Below, piece after piece: positions 37,915 to 48,308 of a stretch of DNA of 64,000 nt (its first letter is position 1; each line of letters starts with the position of its first letter). Location: the IMG/VR virus record IMGVR_UViG_3300028735_000004, positions 128,001 to 192,000 of that record; one strand, 5' to 3'. The notes below the pieces were generated by a model. That model made no database searches. It had not been told where the DNA came from and saw only the letters and a program-made list of their open reading frames with translations. Source of the DNA: a virus. Lineage: Duplodnaviria > Caudoviricetes. A program made the position numbers and the translations under genes.

Positions 37915-38883
37915 TTAAGTGATATTTTTTGCCGCATCATAAGCAAAACTATCAATAATATCTAAAATTGACTCAAATGGTTGCGGTATAACAAGAAAAG
38001 ACGACGATGATTTGTTTGATGATTTTATTAAACTAATTGTATTTCTAAATTTTGAAGATTTATTAATTGCATCATTAGTTAAAAATGGGTAAATGATTTT
38101 TGCCCATTTAATCAACTGTTCCTCTAAATTAGATAAAGTTAATCCTTGTTGTATCCAAATATTACTGTCATCATTTTTGTGATAAGCTGTTAATTCAGAT
38201 GGTATATTAGGAGATTTAACTAATTTTTGAGCAACATTTGGATCTACTTCAATTTTGGTATCTTTATCTTTACCAACTGTTTTAGATATTGCTGCACCTA
38301 CAGCTGAAAATCCTAATGCTTTAAATGCTGTTTTAATAATCCAAGAAAGAGAACTCATTAAGAATTTAAATATTTTATCTTTAAAAGGTCTAATTACACT
38401 TAGTCCAGCTTTACCTAAAGCTCCAGAATTTTTAACAAAAGATGACATTAAATAAACATCCCTGCTGCTTACTTTAACTTGCTCTAATTTTTCTTCGTCT
38501 TCTGCACCAGAAATATTTTGATTAAATGACTGGCTAACAGCATTATCAACTTTGCTAAAATCTACCTGTTTTTCATCTGTATCTACGGCAGATGTTAAAG
38601 AACTTCCTATAGACGCGATAAAACCTTGTGAATCCCACCCTAATGCTTCAGCAATTGTCCAAATTGCTGATAAAGGGAATGGCAGCATTCCTTTTAAAAA
38701 AAAATCTATAATAGTTGCAACTGGATGTTTATGAAAATCTTCCTTGATTTCATTAAAATAATTCATAACAAAATCTTTAATAATAGAAGATAAGCTCGCA
38801 TCAGCTTTTTTATGCAAACAATACTGATTTAATAAAGATACTAATTTTTCTTGATGATAATATTTTACAAGACCTTTACTCAT
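37915..38883 (-). CDS. Putative internal virion protein with amphipathic/hydrophobic helices
   Basis: 322-aa ORF in the head module. Confidence 0.6.
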   Translation of the reverse strand: MSKGLVKYYHQEKLVSLLNQYCLHKKADASLSSIIKDFVMNYFNEIKEDFHKHPVATIIDFFLKGMLPFPLSAIWTIAEALGWDSQGFIASIGSSLTSAVDTDEKQVDFSKVDNAVSQSFNQNISGAEDEEKLEQVKVSSRDVYLMSSFVKNSGALGKAGLSVIRPFKDKIFKFLMSSLSWIIKTAFKALGFSAVGAAISKTVGKDKDTKIEVDPNVAQKLVKSPNIPSELTAYHKNDDSNIWIQQGLTLSNLEEQLIKWAKIIYPFLTNDAINKSSKFRNTISLIKSSNKSSSSFLVIPQPFESILDIIDSFAYDAAKNIT

Positions 38884-40259
38884 CTATACTTCGAGGCAGC
38901 CATTTGAGCTCTGTTCCTCGCTCCAGTTTCCATATCATTAGCAAATCTCATATATTTTTGATATAATGATAATTGACCATCTATTAATTGGCTAATTCTT
39001 GGATTATCCATTCTTTCTTTATATTCTTGAAGATAATAAGAAGTTGTATTTAAAATTTGTTTTAAAATATTTGCTAAAGCTTGAGCATTATCAAAATTCT
39101 TAATATCATAATTTGCTAACAAATTATCAACCGAATCAGAGCTAAAAGATAATTGCGGAATACCATCATCTAATGAATTGCCGACTCTATCAGTCCATTC
39201 TCCACTATATTTTATAAAATTATTATATAATGTGTTTAAAACAGGATTATCTCCCTTTGTTTTTTTCATAAAATCATTTATTCTACTAAACCGCAAACTA
39301 TTAGGTACAAATGGTAAAGATGTAGAGAGAGATTGTAGTTGTTGAACTTCCGCTGAATCCTGAGAACTATCAATTGTTGTTGTAGATGTATCACTATAAG
39401 ATTTTAATAAATCTCTAATTATCTTTAAATAATAATTTTTAATTGCTTCATCTAATTTTGCCAAAGCTCTTTTTTCTAAATATTTTAGGAAATACACAAT
39501 ATTTGGCACTGTATCTAATTTTATCTGATTATCACCTTGTTTTATAGTAATTTGTTTATATAAATTACCTATATTAGATGAACTAAGTGTTTCTGGAGTA
39601 ATTGGTATATTACCTTCTTGTGTGTAATTTACGGTTCCATCCGCAATTATTACTGATGGAATTTTATCTAAAATAGTCTTTGCGTCTAGAGCTGTTTTAC
39701 CAGATATTTCTTGTGGTGTTTTATCGCCATCCAATTCGATAGTTGCTGGTTCTATATTAATATCGTAATCTTTTAGATCTTGATTTGCTTTATTAATTAA
39801 TTTATTCAAAACATCTTGAGTTAATGGATTATTTTTAAATTCTGTTTTTAATTTTTCAATAAAATCAATCAAACCTTCTTTATAAATTCTACAAATGGGC
39901 ATATCATTAATAAATTCAGAAGATCTTTTATATATAAAATATAAATCTTTAGGAAAATTCTTTAATTCTTCGTAGGTTTCTCCGACAGGACCGCTAAGCA
40001 CTATTGGTAAATTATTATATTTTATTTTATTTTGTTCCAAAAATGTTATTAAACTATCTAATGAAGTTAGATCTTTTAAATACATTTCAGCAGAAGTATC
40101 AGAAGAAACATCAACTTGATTTAATAAATTATCAATTAATCTTAGAGCAAGTTGTTGCGTTTCAACTTCTCTTGTTTGAGCTGATTTATACAAAGAATCA
40201 AATAAACCTGATTCAATTATTAATTTACCTAAAACTTCTAGTTCAAAAAGAAAAGACAT
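38880..40259 (-). CDS. Hypothetical (putative virion) protein
   Basis: 459-aa ORF, ATGA-coupled. Confidence 0.65.
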   Translation of the reverse strand: MSFLFELEVLGKLIIESGLFDSLYKSAQTREVETQQLALRLIDNLLNQVDVSSDTSAEMYLKDLTSLDSLITFLEQNKIKYNNLPIVLSGPVGETYEELKNFPKDLYFIYKRSSEFINDMPICRIYKEGLIDFIEKLKTEFKNNPLTQDVLNKLINKANQDLKDYDINIEPATIELDGDKTPQEISGKTALDAKTILDKIPSVIIADGTVNYTQEGNIPITPETLSSSNIGNLYKQITIKQGDNQIKLDTVPNIVYFLKYLEKRALAKLDEAIKNYYLKIIRDLLKSYSDTSTTTIDSSQDSAEVQQLQSLSTSLPFVPNSLRFSRINDFMKKTKGDNPVLNTLYNNFIKYSGEWTDRVGNSLDDGIPQLSFSSDSVDNLLANYDIKNFDNAQALANILKQILNTTSYYLQEYKERMDNPRISQLIDGQLSLYQKYMRFANDMETGARNRAQMAASKYR

Positions 40260-40261
40260 TA

Positions 40262-41269
40262 TTAAAATCCTGGTTCAGATTGAAGAACTGTTTGTGTAGC
40301 ACTTAACTGTTGTTTCATATTTTCTAAAACTTTTTTAATGTTGGCAGGGCTCGTATCTTGCCCTAATACTGCTAAAAATTCTTTAAAATTCTTTAAACTC
40401 ATTAAGTGCTTTATTCTTGGTTGTTCTGGCTTGCCTCCAGATTCTAATCTAACATTTTCAACTATTGCGTTTTGATGTTGTTGGGCATTTGTGAAATCTT
40501 GTTTAGATATTTGATTTTTACCTATAGATAATAATGGTTTTTCTTGACTTATAAGATCTTTGAATTGAGGGTTCTCTAATACATTTTGTTCAAATTCTTT
40601 ATATAAACCTTCTATTTTTTTAATAAATTGTGTTGCTTTAACAATATCACCTAATTTAGAAAAAGATAATGATTGAAATTGAGCTAAGTCAGCATCAGTA
40701 AAAGACTTTGATTCAAGACCCATTGTTTTATTGAAATTAATTATTCCGGATGCAAATCTTAATGCATTAATTAACGCCGTTGCTGTTCTTGCTCCAAATA
40801 ATCCGTCCGGTTTTCTTTCAATTCCTCTTTCACCAGATCCTTTGCCTACGAAACTAATTGCATTAATTAAAGATCTAATATCTAACGCCGGTGTTTCGCT
40901 AACTTGTTTTCTTAAAGGTTGTAATAATGGTTCTTTGGTTTCTAAATGAGTAAAAGTCAAATCTTTTTGAATAAAATTATTTAATAAATAATTATTAAAA
41001 GCATTATGACCATAACTTGTTGGTGTCATAGATGCAAATGTATGACTTGAAATAGTTTTTGCTAAATCAATTAACGCTTGTTGCATATCCATTACGGCCT
41101 GATTAGCTCGCTGTGATACTATGGGAGCCACCTGTTTAGTTGTAGCCGGGACTTCTTGTTTTTGTATGGACGGAGGCGCTTTTTGTTCTACTAAAGTAGA
41201 TTTTATTTTTCCTCCCTGTAATGAAGGAGGTAAATCAAAATAATCTATACTTTGAGATATTTTTTTCAA
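40262..41269 (-). CDS. Hypothetical protein with peptidoglycan-binding-like motif
   Basis: VMDMQQAL ... PDGLFGARTATAL resembles PG_binding_1 with a long insert. Confidence 0.45.
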   Translation of the reverse strand: MKKISQSIDYFDLPPSLQGGKIKSTLVEQKAPPSIQKQEVPATTKQVAPIVSQRANQAVMDMQQALIDLAKTISSHTFASMTPTSYGHNAFNNYLLNNFIQKDLTFTHLETKEPLLQPLRKQVSETPALDIRSLINAISFVGKGSGERGIERKPDGLFGARTATALINALRFASGIINFNKTMGLESKSFTDADLAQFQSLSFSKLGDIVKATQFIKKIEGLYKEFEQNVLENPQFKDLISQEKPLLSIGKNQISKQDFTNAQQHQNAIVENVRLESGGKPEQPRIKHLMSLKNFKEFLAVLGQDTSPANIKKVLENMKQQLSATQTVLQSEPGF

Positions 41270-42426
41270 ACTTCACCTTCTTCAAACCAAGATTTTTTAA
41301 TATTATTTAATATAGATAAAAATCGACTATTTACATCATTATATTGTTTTTCCAATTCTTCCGCTCTATCAAATCCAAAAAGTTCTTTAAATTTTAATTT
41401 ATTAAATCTTAATAATTCTACTTTGTTAGATAGTAAATTTTTAATTATTTCATTAGTATTAATGTAGCTGTTTAATTTTTTATTTAAATCATTTCTTATT
41501 TTAGAAATATAACTTAACGCATCTTTTTCGTTTGATGGTAATTTATTTTCTATATCTGCAAATTCCGTATCATATTTTGATAAATTAGAAATTTGCTTTT
41601 CTACATTAAATTTTACTTTTTTAATCTCATTCAAATAATCCTCTGGAGAAATGGTTTGCGTAGTTATTTGAAAATTTTCAATTATTTTTATAGATTCAAT
41701 ACAGGTTGATTGTAAATTATTAATTTGTGTAGATATCATTTCATAAGATGATGAATTAAGATATTTTTTATTTGATTCTATTTTATTATTATATAATTTA
41801 ATAAAAGCAAGAATATCACTAATATCGGCGGCGACGCCCTCTGCCGATTTAAATTTTTCAACAGCATTACTTAACTGATTAAAAATCTTATTTAAATTAT
41901 AAGTCCATCTATTTAAAATATCGGTTATATTTGGTCCAATAGATAATGTTTGCCCCTTAAACCTAAATCTTTCTATATTTAAAAATTCTCTATGTTCTCT
42001 GGCAGATTTAAGTAATGCTGAATGGGCCGTTTTAAAATCTTCAAATGATGCACTAATATCACCCCTTGCTTGTTGCAAAGCATCATTTATAGTATATGCA
42101 TTAGATGTTTTAAATGATGCAGTTTTATTTACCTTTTTTTTTGGATCTGTTGATACTACATCAACAATTTTTTCGTGTTGAGATAAAATAGTTTCAACAT
42201 CACCGTGATTATCTTTAGCATCAAATAATTTAACATCACCTTTTGGATGCGCCTCATTAATTAAATCTTCACCGGTTTCGTCGATAACATTATATAAAGA
42301 TGTTTCGGCTAATTTAAATGCAGCCAATTTTTGTTCAAGATTGTCAGCATATTTGTCAAAACCTGATTTTCTTAATTTTGAACATAAAACTAATAAATTT
42401 TGATATAACATATTATCTTTAGCCAT
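41266..42426 (-). CDS. Putative internal virion protein
   Basis: DLINEAHPKG...VETILSQHEK module shared with the protease/scaffold. Confidence 0.6.
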   Translation of the reverse strand: MAKDNMLYQNLLVLCSKLRKSGFDKYADNLEQKLAAFKLAETSLYNVIDETGEDLINEAHPKGDVKLFDAKDNHGDVETILSQHEKIVDVVSTDPKKKVNKTASFKTSNAYTINDALQQARGDISASFEDFKTAHSALLKSAREHREFLNIERFRFKGQTLSIGPNITDILNRWTYNLNKIFNQLSNAVEKFKSAEGVAADISDILAFIKLYNNKIESNKKYLNSSSYEMISTQINNLQSTCIESIKIIENFQITTQTISPEDYLNEIKKVKFNVEKQISNLSKYDTEFADIENKLPSNEKDALSYISKIRNDLNKKLNSYINTNEIIKNLLSNKVELLRFNKLKFKELFGFDRAEELEKQYNDVNSRFLSILNNIKKSWFEEGEV

Positions 42427-42484
42427 AATAACCTTTTAAATATAATTCAATATAATGCCAAATTAATAGCATCTGTAGATAAAA

Positions 42485-43177
42485 TTATCGCCAAAGAAAC
42501 TGTAATGATGACATTAATGCATTTGGAGGAGCTACAACAGTTGCTACTGCTGGATAATTTTCTGCAATTTGTCTCGTTGTTAATAGTCCTTCTTCACTGA
42601 CAAATAAGTTGGCATTTAAAGGATAATATTGATTGACTTCAAATTTAGTTGTTTCTCCAATAAATCTTCCATACCATACAGTCATACGACCAGATCCCAT
42701 AGTGCTATCATCACCAATGATATTAGGAACTTGATAAGTATATCTAACAGTGGTTCTTATTGCATTTGGTGTTCCGGTTCCAAGAGTGTCATAATTTAAT
42801 TGTGTGCCAGCTGGAATAATAATTACGCCATTTCTTGGAATTAAGCTAACTTTAATTGGATCGGAAACAAAACTATCTGGAACTATATTTGGATTTTCTA
42901 ATTCGGTTTTAATATCAACTGGAGTAATAATTGTGTTATTTGGGCCAGCAACTCCGGCCGCATTAACAATAATTACTTCATCCCAAGAATTAGCGTGAAT
43001 TGCTTTTGTTCTTATATCATCAATAATTCCTATAGGAGCGGTACCATTGCTAACAGTTGCTACAATTTGATTACCTAAAGATGTTAATTGAGCAACCATT
43101 CCTGGCTCAAATTCAGCTGCCGGATCTACTGGCCAATAATATGGTCTTGCGCTTAATGAATTAATTATTCTTAACAT
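42485..43177 (-). CDS. Putative capsid decoration protein, paralog of 35936-36601
   Basis: GSGRMTVW and LFVSEEGLLT match GSGKITLW and LTYTATGKLT. Confidence 0.5.
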   Translation of the reverse strand: MLRIINSLSARPYYWPVDPAAEFEPGMVAQLTSLGNQIVATVSNGTAPIGIIDDIRTKAIHANSWDEVIIVNAAGVAGPNNTIITPVDIKTELENPNIVPDSFVSDPIKVSLIPRNGVIIIPAGTQLNYDTLGTGTPNAIRTTVRYTYQVPNIIGDDSTMGSGRMTVWYGRFIGETTKFEVNQYYPLNANLFVSEEGLLTTRQIAENYPAVATVVAPPNALMSSLQFLWR

Positions 43178-43203
43178 TTAAACCTCTTAATATAATATAT
43201 CAC

Positions 43204-43231
43204 AAAAAAATAAAGCCACATAAAGTGGCTT
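43204..43231 (-). terminator. Intrinsic terminator after the protease operon
   Basis: AAGCCAC-TTTAT-GTGGCTT followed by a T tract. Confidence 0.7.
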
Positions 43232-43255
43232 ATATTTCGTATATTAATTTTTTTA

Positions 43256-44083
43256 TTATTCTTCATCTTCCCAATCTTTAGTATCTTTTACAAGTTTTTT
43301 TAATAAATCATCAAACTCTTTATCTTGTGCCCAATTATCATCGGCATCATTATCATCAAAGAGATTATCATTATCCTCATCATCACCAAATGGATCATCG
43401 CCTTTGTAAAACATAGCTTTTTCCCATTGTTCTGGCAAATGTTTATCATCTGCACTTACATCTTCTTCAGATAATTGATCTACGCTTTTGTCAAAAATTT
43501 CTACATCTGTATCAAATTTACCATCACTGGCATCATTAGTGTCGTTAAAAACCCAACCTTTTTCTTTAAGGTTTTTTACCATTTTTTCGCTTGTTAATTT
43601 ATCTGTTTTAGATTTGTCTTTTTTGACTACTTTTTTAAGATCTTTTTTGGTTTTAGATTTATCTTCTTTTTTATCTTTTGCTTTTTTCTTTGCCTCAACT
43701 ATTAAAGTATCAGCTAATGTTATTGCGTATGCAGATAATTTATCGAAACCAGCAATATCTAATTCTTCAGAAGCTTTCAATAAAGAATTAAGAGCTACTG
43801 ATACCATATCCGCTTCGGCATTTAAGCCAGGATTACAATCACATCCTTTTTCGCAATCTCCTGGCTGACAAGAACAAGGACCCTCGCTCATTTTAGCAAA
43901 TTTACCATCACAACCTTTACAAACATCGGCTGCAGAGGAGGTTAATTCTTGTTCTACTTCAGATACATTTTCTTCCGATACTTTATTGAAAGCAAGTTTT
44001 TGCAACATTGCTGATTTGGAAAACATATCTTTATTTGCTTCAAAGGCATCTACCATTAAAGAAGCTATATCATATTTTTTCAT
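43256..44083 (-). CDS. Hypothetical acidic/basic low-complexity protein with Cys cluster
   Basis: CKGC..CSC..C..CDC; Lys-rich then Asp-rich tail. Confidence 0.7.
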   Translation of the reverse strand: MKKYDIASLMVDAFEANKDMFSKSAMLQKLAFNKVSEENVSEVEQELTSSAADVCKGCDGKFAKMSEGPCSCQPGDCEKGCDCNPGLNAEADMVSVALNSLLKASEELDIAGFDKLSAYAITLADTLIVEAKKKAKDKKEDKSKTKKDLKKVVKKDKSKTDKLTSEKMVKNLKEKGWVFNDTNDASDGKFDTDVEIFDKSVDQLSEEDVSADDKHLPEQWEKAMFYKGDDPFGDDEDNDNLFDDNDADDNWAQDKEFDDLLKKLVKDTKDWEDEE

Positions 44084-44092
44084 TAAATCCTC

Positions 44093-47000
44093 TTAATATT
44101 TTTTGCTAGAGAAGGCTTTTTCGAGTTGTGAACGAAGGTCTTCTTTTTCTACTGCCGCTGCAAAAGGATCTTCTGAACCTAATTGACCGACTAATGGAAT
44201 TCCTGCTTTTTTGGTCATAGCAGCTTTTGCTGCTATTACTCTTTTGAAACTATCAAAAGCTTCGTCATTCCATTTCATAATATCATCAACTTGTGCAGAG
44301 ATAGCTGAACGATCATTTGCTAATAATCCTTTTGAAACCATATCATACGCTGTTTCATAAGCGCGAGCAATTTTAACACGGTATACTTTCATTTGCTCAT
44401 CAAGTTCGGCTTTAGCGTGTTCTTTAATTAATTCTGTCGCAAATTGAGAACTTTCTTTATCTGCTTCTGCAAAATATTGTTTCCAATATTTGACTGCATC
44501 TGCATCTACGCCGTGTGCAACTAATTCGTCAACACGAGCTGGATCAAGTTTTCCTTCTGATACAAGTTTTTGAATTCTCTCAGCATCTTTACGAACTTTC
44601 ACTGGTGCTTGAGCAACTTCAACTGATTTATCGTGTTGTTCTTTAAGATCTTCTACTTTGCCAAGTTCATCAGATGGTTTTACATCTAATTCGGTTTGTG
44701 TTCCGCCTTTTGGATGAGCTTCATCAAGAACCTGGCTCATTTCAACAGATTTTTGCGCTAATTTAGCACGAGCGGCTGCACGAGCTTCTTTAGAGTCTAA
44801 TGATGCTAATTTAGCTTTTTCCATTACCATTTTTGAAATGTCTGCATCTGGAACTTCTATTTCTAATTTAACATCATTCATATCTTTTTCGGCTACTTCA
44901 TCTTCTACCATATCGCAATCATCTGCTTCTTTTGTATCTTCAACATCTGCCATATCAGCCGCATCTGCCATTTGGGCTTGTTTGAGTAATAAAGCTTCTG
45001 TGCCACGAGCGTATTTAACAAATGCTTTTTTGAGATTACGAGCATCTGCTAATGCTGATTTGGCGTCAGAAATTGCATCTTGAACAACAAAATTAGCATA
45101 TTCTTCGTTAAGATCTAAGGTTTCGTCATCTAACATACTTGCAATTAATTCTAATTCTTTTGTATGTTCTGATAATTCATCAACTGATTTTGATAAACCG
45201 TCAATTAAGCCTTGATTTAAATCTTGGCGCATTTGATGTAATGAAGCTAATTCATCAGAAGCGGTTGCTCCTAAATTAGCCATATCACCCATTTCCGCTT
45301 GTTCTCCAACTAAGGATTTAACAGCTTCATCTAAATCAGATATATCTTCTTTTAATTTTGAAACTAAATCTAATACAGTTTCTTTTACATCACCTGATTT
45401 ATCAGTTGCTTCTGGTTCTTCCGCTGGAGCTTCCATTTGAGGCATTTCTGGCATTTCTGGAGCTGGCATTGCTGCTGCTTCATCACCTACTGATGGAGGA
45501 ACTGGAGCTGCTCCGCCGGCTTCTGCTGGAGCTGCGGGTTGCGCACCCATACCAGAAACTGCTTGTGATTTTTTGTAAAGACTTGCAGCTTTTGCTAAAC
45601 CAACTTCTTTTACTTTAGCTAAAATTTTGCTACCAAATTCTTTAGTTGCAATTGTATCATAGAGAACTTCTGTATTTCCACCAGAAATTTCTTTTACTGT
45701 TGCTGATAATGCTAATTTATCATCAACAAATACCTGCCAGGCGCTATTATCTTTATCTTCTGAACCATCTATATTAGCCGCTTTAACGAAGCGAGCTTTT
45801 AATGGTGTTGCGCGGCTTAACATTTGTTTACGTTTTAATTCATCTTTTTCATCAGCTGATTCTGGACTTGGGTGTAATCCATCTACATCACCAACTTCAG
45901 GAAATGGTTTTTGTCCAACCATTGTTTTATCTTCTTTGCGCGCTTTTTCGGCAAGAGGATCTTTTTCGTATTTTGGTTTACCTGGTGTTGGTTCATTGAC
46001 GCCACCGCCACCTTGGAAATATGCTTGTTTACCTTTCATTACGGTCTCCTTGGCTTTTTCTAAAGCAGCAGCGCGACGAAGTGATCTTTCTTCAGCTTCG
46101 GCACGAGCCAACATTTTTTTACGCTCTAAATCTGATACGCCAGCACTGCCAGGATGCATACCGTCAACTGGGCCTGTATCAAGGTTATTTTGACCTACCA
46201 TCTGTTTGTCTTCAAATCTTGCTTTTTCAGCAAGAGGGTCTTTTTCGTATTTAACTTGACCCGGAGTAGGTTCATTAACGCCGCCGCCACCTTGAAAGTA
46301 TGCTTTTTTATCCATTTTTTCCTTTGTATCAGACATAATTTCCTCTTTTATTTTATATGATAAAACTTTGATATGTTGTTCCATATTATTTAATTTACTT
46401 TCCACAACATCTTTTAAATCAGTAAGTGCTTTAGAAACATTAGAAGCAATTACTTTCTCTGGAAAATCTAAATTAAAACCTTCATTTGGTAAAATTGTTT
46501 CTGACATTTCTTTATCGCCAGTCATACCATATGGAGCTGTTGAAGATTCTTCGGATTCAAGAGAATTTTTAATTTCTGATATTTGATCTGCTATTTTTTG
46601 CACTTCTAATTCTAAATCTTCTAATTTAGAAACATTTTCGTCATTGTCAGCCAAACTAACAAATTCAGATTCTTTTCTTTCAATGTATTTGTTTAAGTTG
46701 TTAGCAGCTGCAAGAATTGTTCTAATTTTTGCTTTAGGATCCGCTCCATTAACAACAATAGATAATTCGATAGGATTTAAATCTACATTTATTTCGCCAT
46801 AACATGATTTAGTTCGCATATGATTACAGAAATCAGCTTCGGAGCGTGCTACCTGACCACAATCAGAACATATGGCTCTACCTACTGCGGTGCCCATAGA
46901 AACACAAGTTGCATAACCAGCCGCTACTTTTTTAGCCAAATCTGGATATGTAATTTTGTCTAAAGCACATAAAGCAACTACTCTTTTAAGAGATCTATCA

Positions 47001-47455
47001 TAGTAAGTATCTAAAATAACACCACGAATAGCATCTACTGAACTTGATTTATGATCAACACAAAGTGGTTTTCCAATCCATTTTTTATGAGCTTTTATTA
47101 ACTCTTCTTCTGGAAAGATATCACCATTAGAGTTCTTATATGGTTTTAAAGAAGGATCGTTTGATTCCCACTTCCAAGTACCACCTTCTTTATTCCAAGA
47201 TGCTTTTACAATTGTGCCATCTGATAATTTCTTAGGAGTTCCATCAGGATTAACTGTGGAAGCTTCAGCAGCGTGCATCATTACTGCCGAAAAATAAAGA
47301 AAATCATTAGCTTTGGGAGCAATTCTTTTAAGCTCACCAGCGAATTTTTGAAATTTTTCGGTAATTTCCTGATCTGACAACACAGATAATACAGATTCTT
47401 GTGTTTGTACATCTGCCGGGGTTAATTCTATTAGTTCGCCAAGTTTAATAAACAT
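44093..47455 (-). CDS. Prohead protease/scaffold polyprotein
   Basis: N-domain NSNGDIFPEEEL..IGKPLCVDH..G.ILD..VSMG..ELSIV..GADPKAKI (HK97/assemblin-like); long acidic coiled coil; upstream of decoration/MCP. Confidence 0.72.
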   Translation of the reverse strand: MFIKLGELIELTPADVQTQESVLSVLSDQEITEKFQKFAGELKRIAPKANDFLYFSAVMMHAAEASTVNPDGTPKKLSDGTIVKASWNKEGGTWKWESNDPSLKPYKNSNGDIFPEEELIKAHKKWIGKPLCVDHKSSSVDAIRGVILDTYYDRSLKRVVALCALDKITYPDLAKKVAAGYATCVSMGTAVGRAICSDCGQVARSEADFCNHMRTKSCYGEINVDLNPIELSIVVNGADPKAKIRTILAAANNLNKYIERKESEFVSLADNDENVSKLEDLELEVQKIADQISEIKNSLESEESSTAPYGMTGDKEMSETILPNEGFNLDFPEKVIASNVSKALTDLKDVVESKLNNMEQHIKVLSYKIKEEIMSDTKEKMDKKAYFQGGGGVNEPTPGQVKYEKDPLAEKARFEDKQMVGQNNLDTGPVDGMHPGSAGVSDLERKKMLARAEAEERSLRRAAALEKAKETVMKGKQAYFQGGGGVNEPTPGKPKYEKDPLAEKARKEDKTMVGQKPFPEVGDVDGLHPSPESADEKDELKRKQMLSRATPLKARFVKAANIDGSEDKDNSAWQVFVDDKLALSATVKEISGGNTEVLYDTIATKEFGSKILAKVKEVGLAKAASLYKKSQAVSGMGAQPAAPAEAGGAAPVPPSVGDEAAAMPAPEMPEMPQMEAPAEEPEATDKSGDVKETVLDLVSKLKEDISDLDEAVKSLVGEQAEMGDMANLGATASDELASLHQMRQDLNQGLIDGLSKSVDELSEHTKELELIASMLDDETLDLNEEYANFVVQDAISDAKSALADARNLKKAFVKYARGTEALLLKQAQMADAADMADVEDTKEADDCDMVEDEVAEKDMNDVKLEIEVPDADISKMVMEKAKLASLDSKEARAAARAKLAQKSVEMSQVLDEAHPKGGTQTELDVKPSDELGKVEDLKEQHDKSVEVAQAPVKVRKDAERIQKLVSEGKLDPARVDELVAHGVDADAVKYWKQYFAEADKESSQFATELIKEHAKAELDEQMKVYRVKIARAYETAYDMVSKGLLANDRSAISAQVDDIMKWNDEAFDSFKRVIAAKAAMTKKAGIPLVGQLGSEDPFAAAVEKEDLRSQLEKAFSSKKY

Positions 47456-47496
47456 TTTTTACCAATTATCTATTATTATGTTCTAATAGTAGTAAT

Positions 47497-47658
47497 TTAT
47501 TTAATATCTTTTTTATTTTTATTATTTTTTTTATCTTCTTGCAATTCATCAGAAATATTTTTTTTAACTTTATCTAAAGCTTTTTTAGTTGATTTTGTAT
47601 CAACATCTACGGGTTCAATAACTGTTATTGGTTGAAGATCGCCTCTTTTAATAAACAT
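47497..47658 (-). CDS. 53-aa hypothetical protein (not in ORF track)
   Basis: AAGG RBS; MFIKRGDLQPITVIEP...; fills the gap before the protease gene. Confidence 0.6.
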   Translation of the reverse strand: MFIKRGDLQPITVIEPVDVDTKSTKKALDKVKKNISDELQEDKKNNKNKKDIK

Positions 47659-47681
47659 ATTTACCTTATCATTATATCTAA

Positions 47682-48308
47682 TTATTGATTTTTATTTAAT
47701 ACTTTATTTTTATACTCTAATAATTGTTGCATTAATGGAGTTTTTTCCTTGATTTTTTCTTGCATCTCATTACCAACTGTATCTACCCAAGTTTTAGCAA
47801 GAATATTATCCTGAAAATATGGAGAAACTCGATTTTCAATTACTTCTTCTATTTGGGCACATTCTTTTTTAATTAATTCAATGCCTTTTAATACAGATGG
47901 AACAAATTCTTTGGAATCTAATTGTGAAAAAAGTTCAGCAAATCTATTTACTTGTTTTTCTAAATCATTAATAGATGAAACAAAAGATTTAACTATCTTT
48001 ACTAATTGAGTATCTGAAACAAATGATTGCATTAATGAGTATGAAATAAATGCTTGTTTTTTAAATAAATTAAATTTTTCTATAATTGTATCTCTATATT
48101 CTCTTAAAGAAACTCTTATTTTAAATATTTCTTCTGGAGTAATATCTGATTTATTTTTAAATGGATTATACATTAAATCTAATGTTTTTTCCGCAGTTTT
48201 TAAATCTTTTAGTAATTTCGAAAATGATTTTAAAATTTTTTCTGCCTGAAGTTTTTCACCTTCAGTAATCTCATAACTCATTTGCATTAAATATGATTTC
48301 TTTTTCAT
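47682..48308 (-). CDS. Helical hypothetical protein
   Basis: ATGA-coupled start at 48308. Confidence 0.7.
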   Translation of the reverse strand: MKKKSYLMQMSYEITEGEKLQAEKILKSFSKLLKDLKTAEKTLDLMYNPFKNKSDITPEEIFKIRVSLREYRDTIIEKFNLFKKQAFISYSLMQSFVSDTQLVKIVKSFVSSINDLEKQVNRFAELFSQLDSKEFVPSVLKGIELIKKECAQIEEVIENRVSPYFQDNILAKTWVDTVGNEMQEKIKEKTPLMQQLLEYKNKVLNKNQ

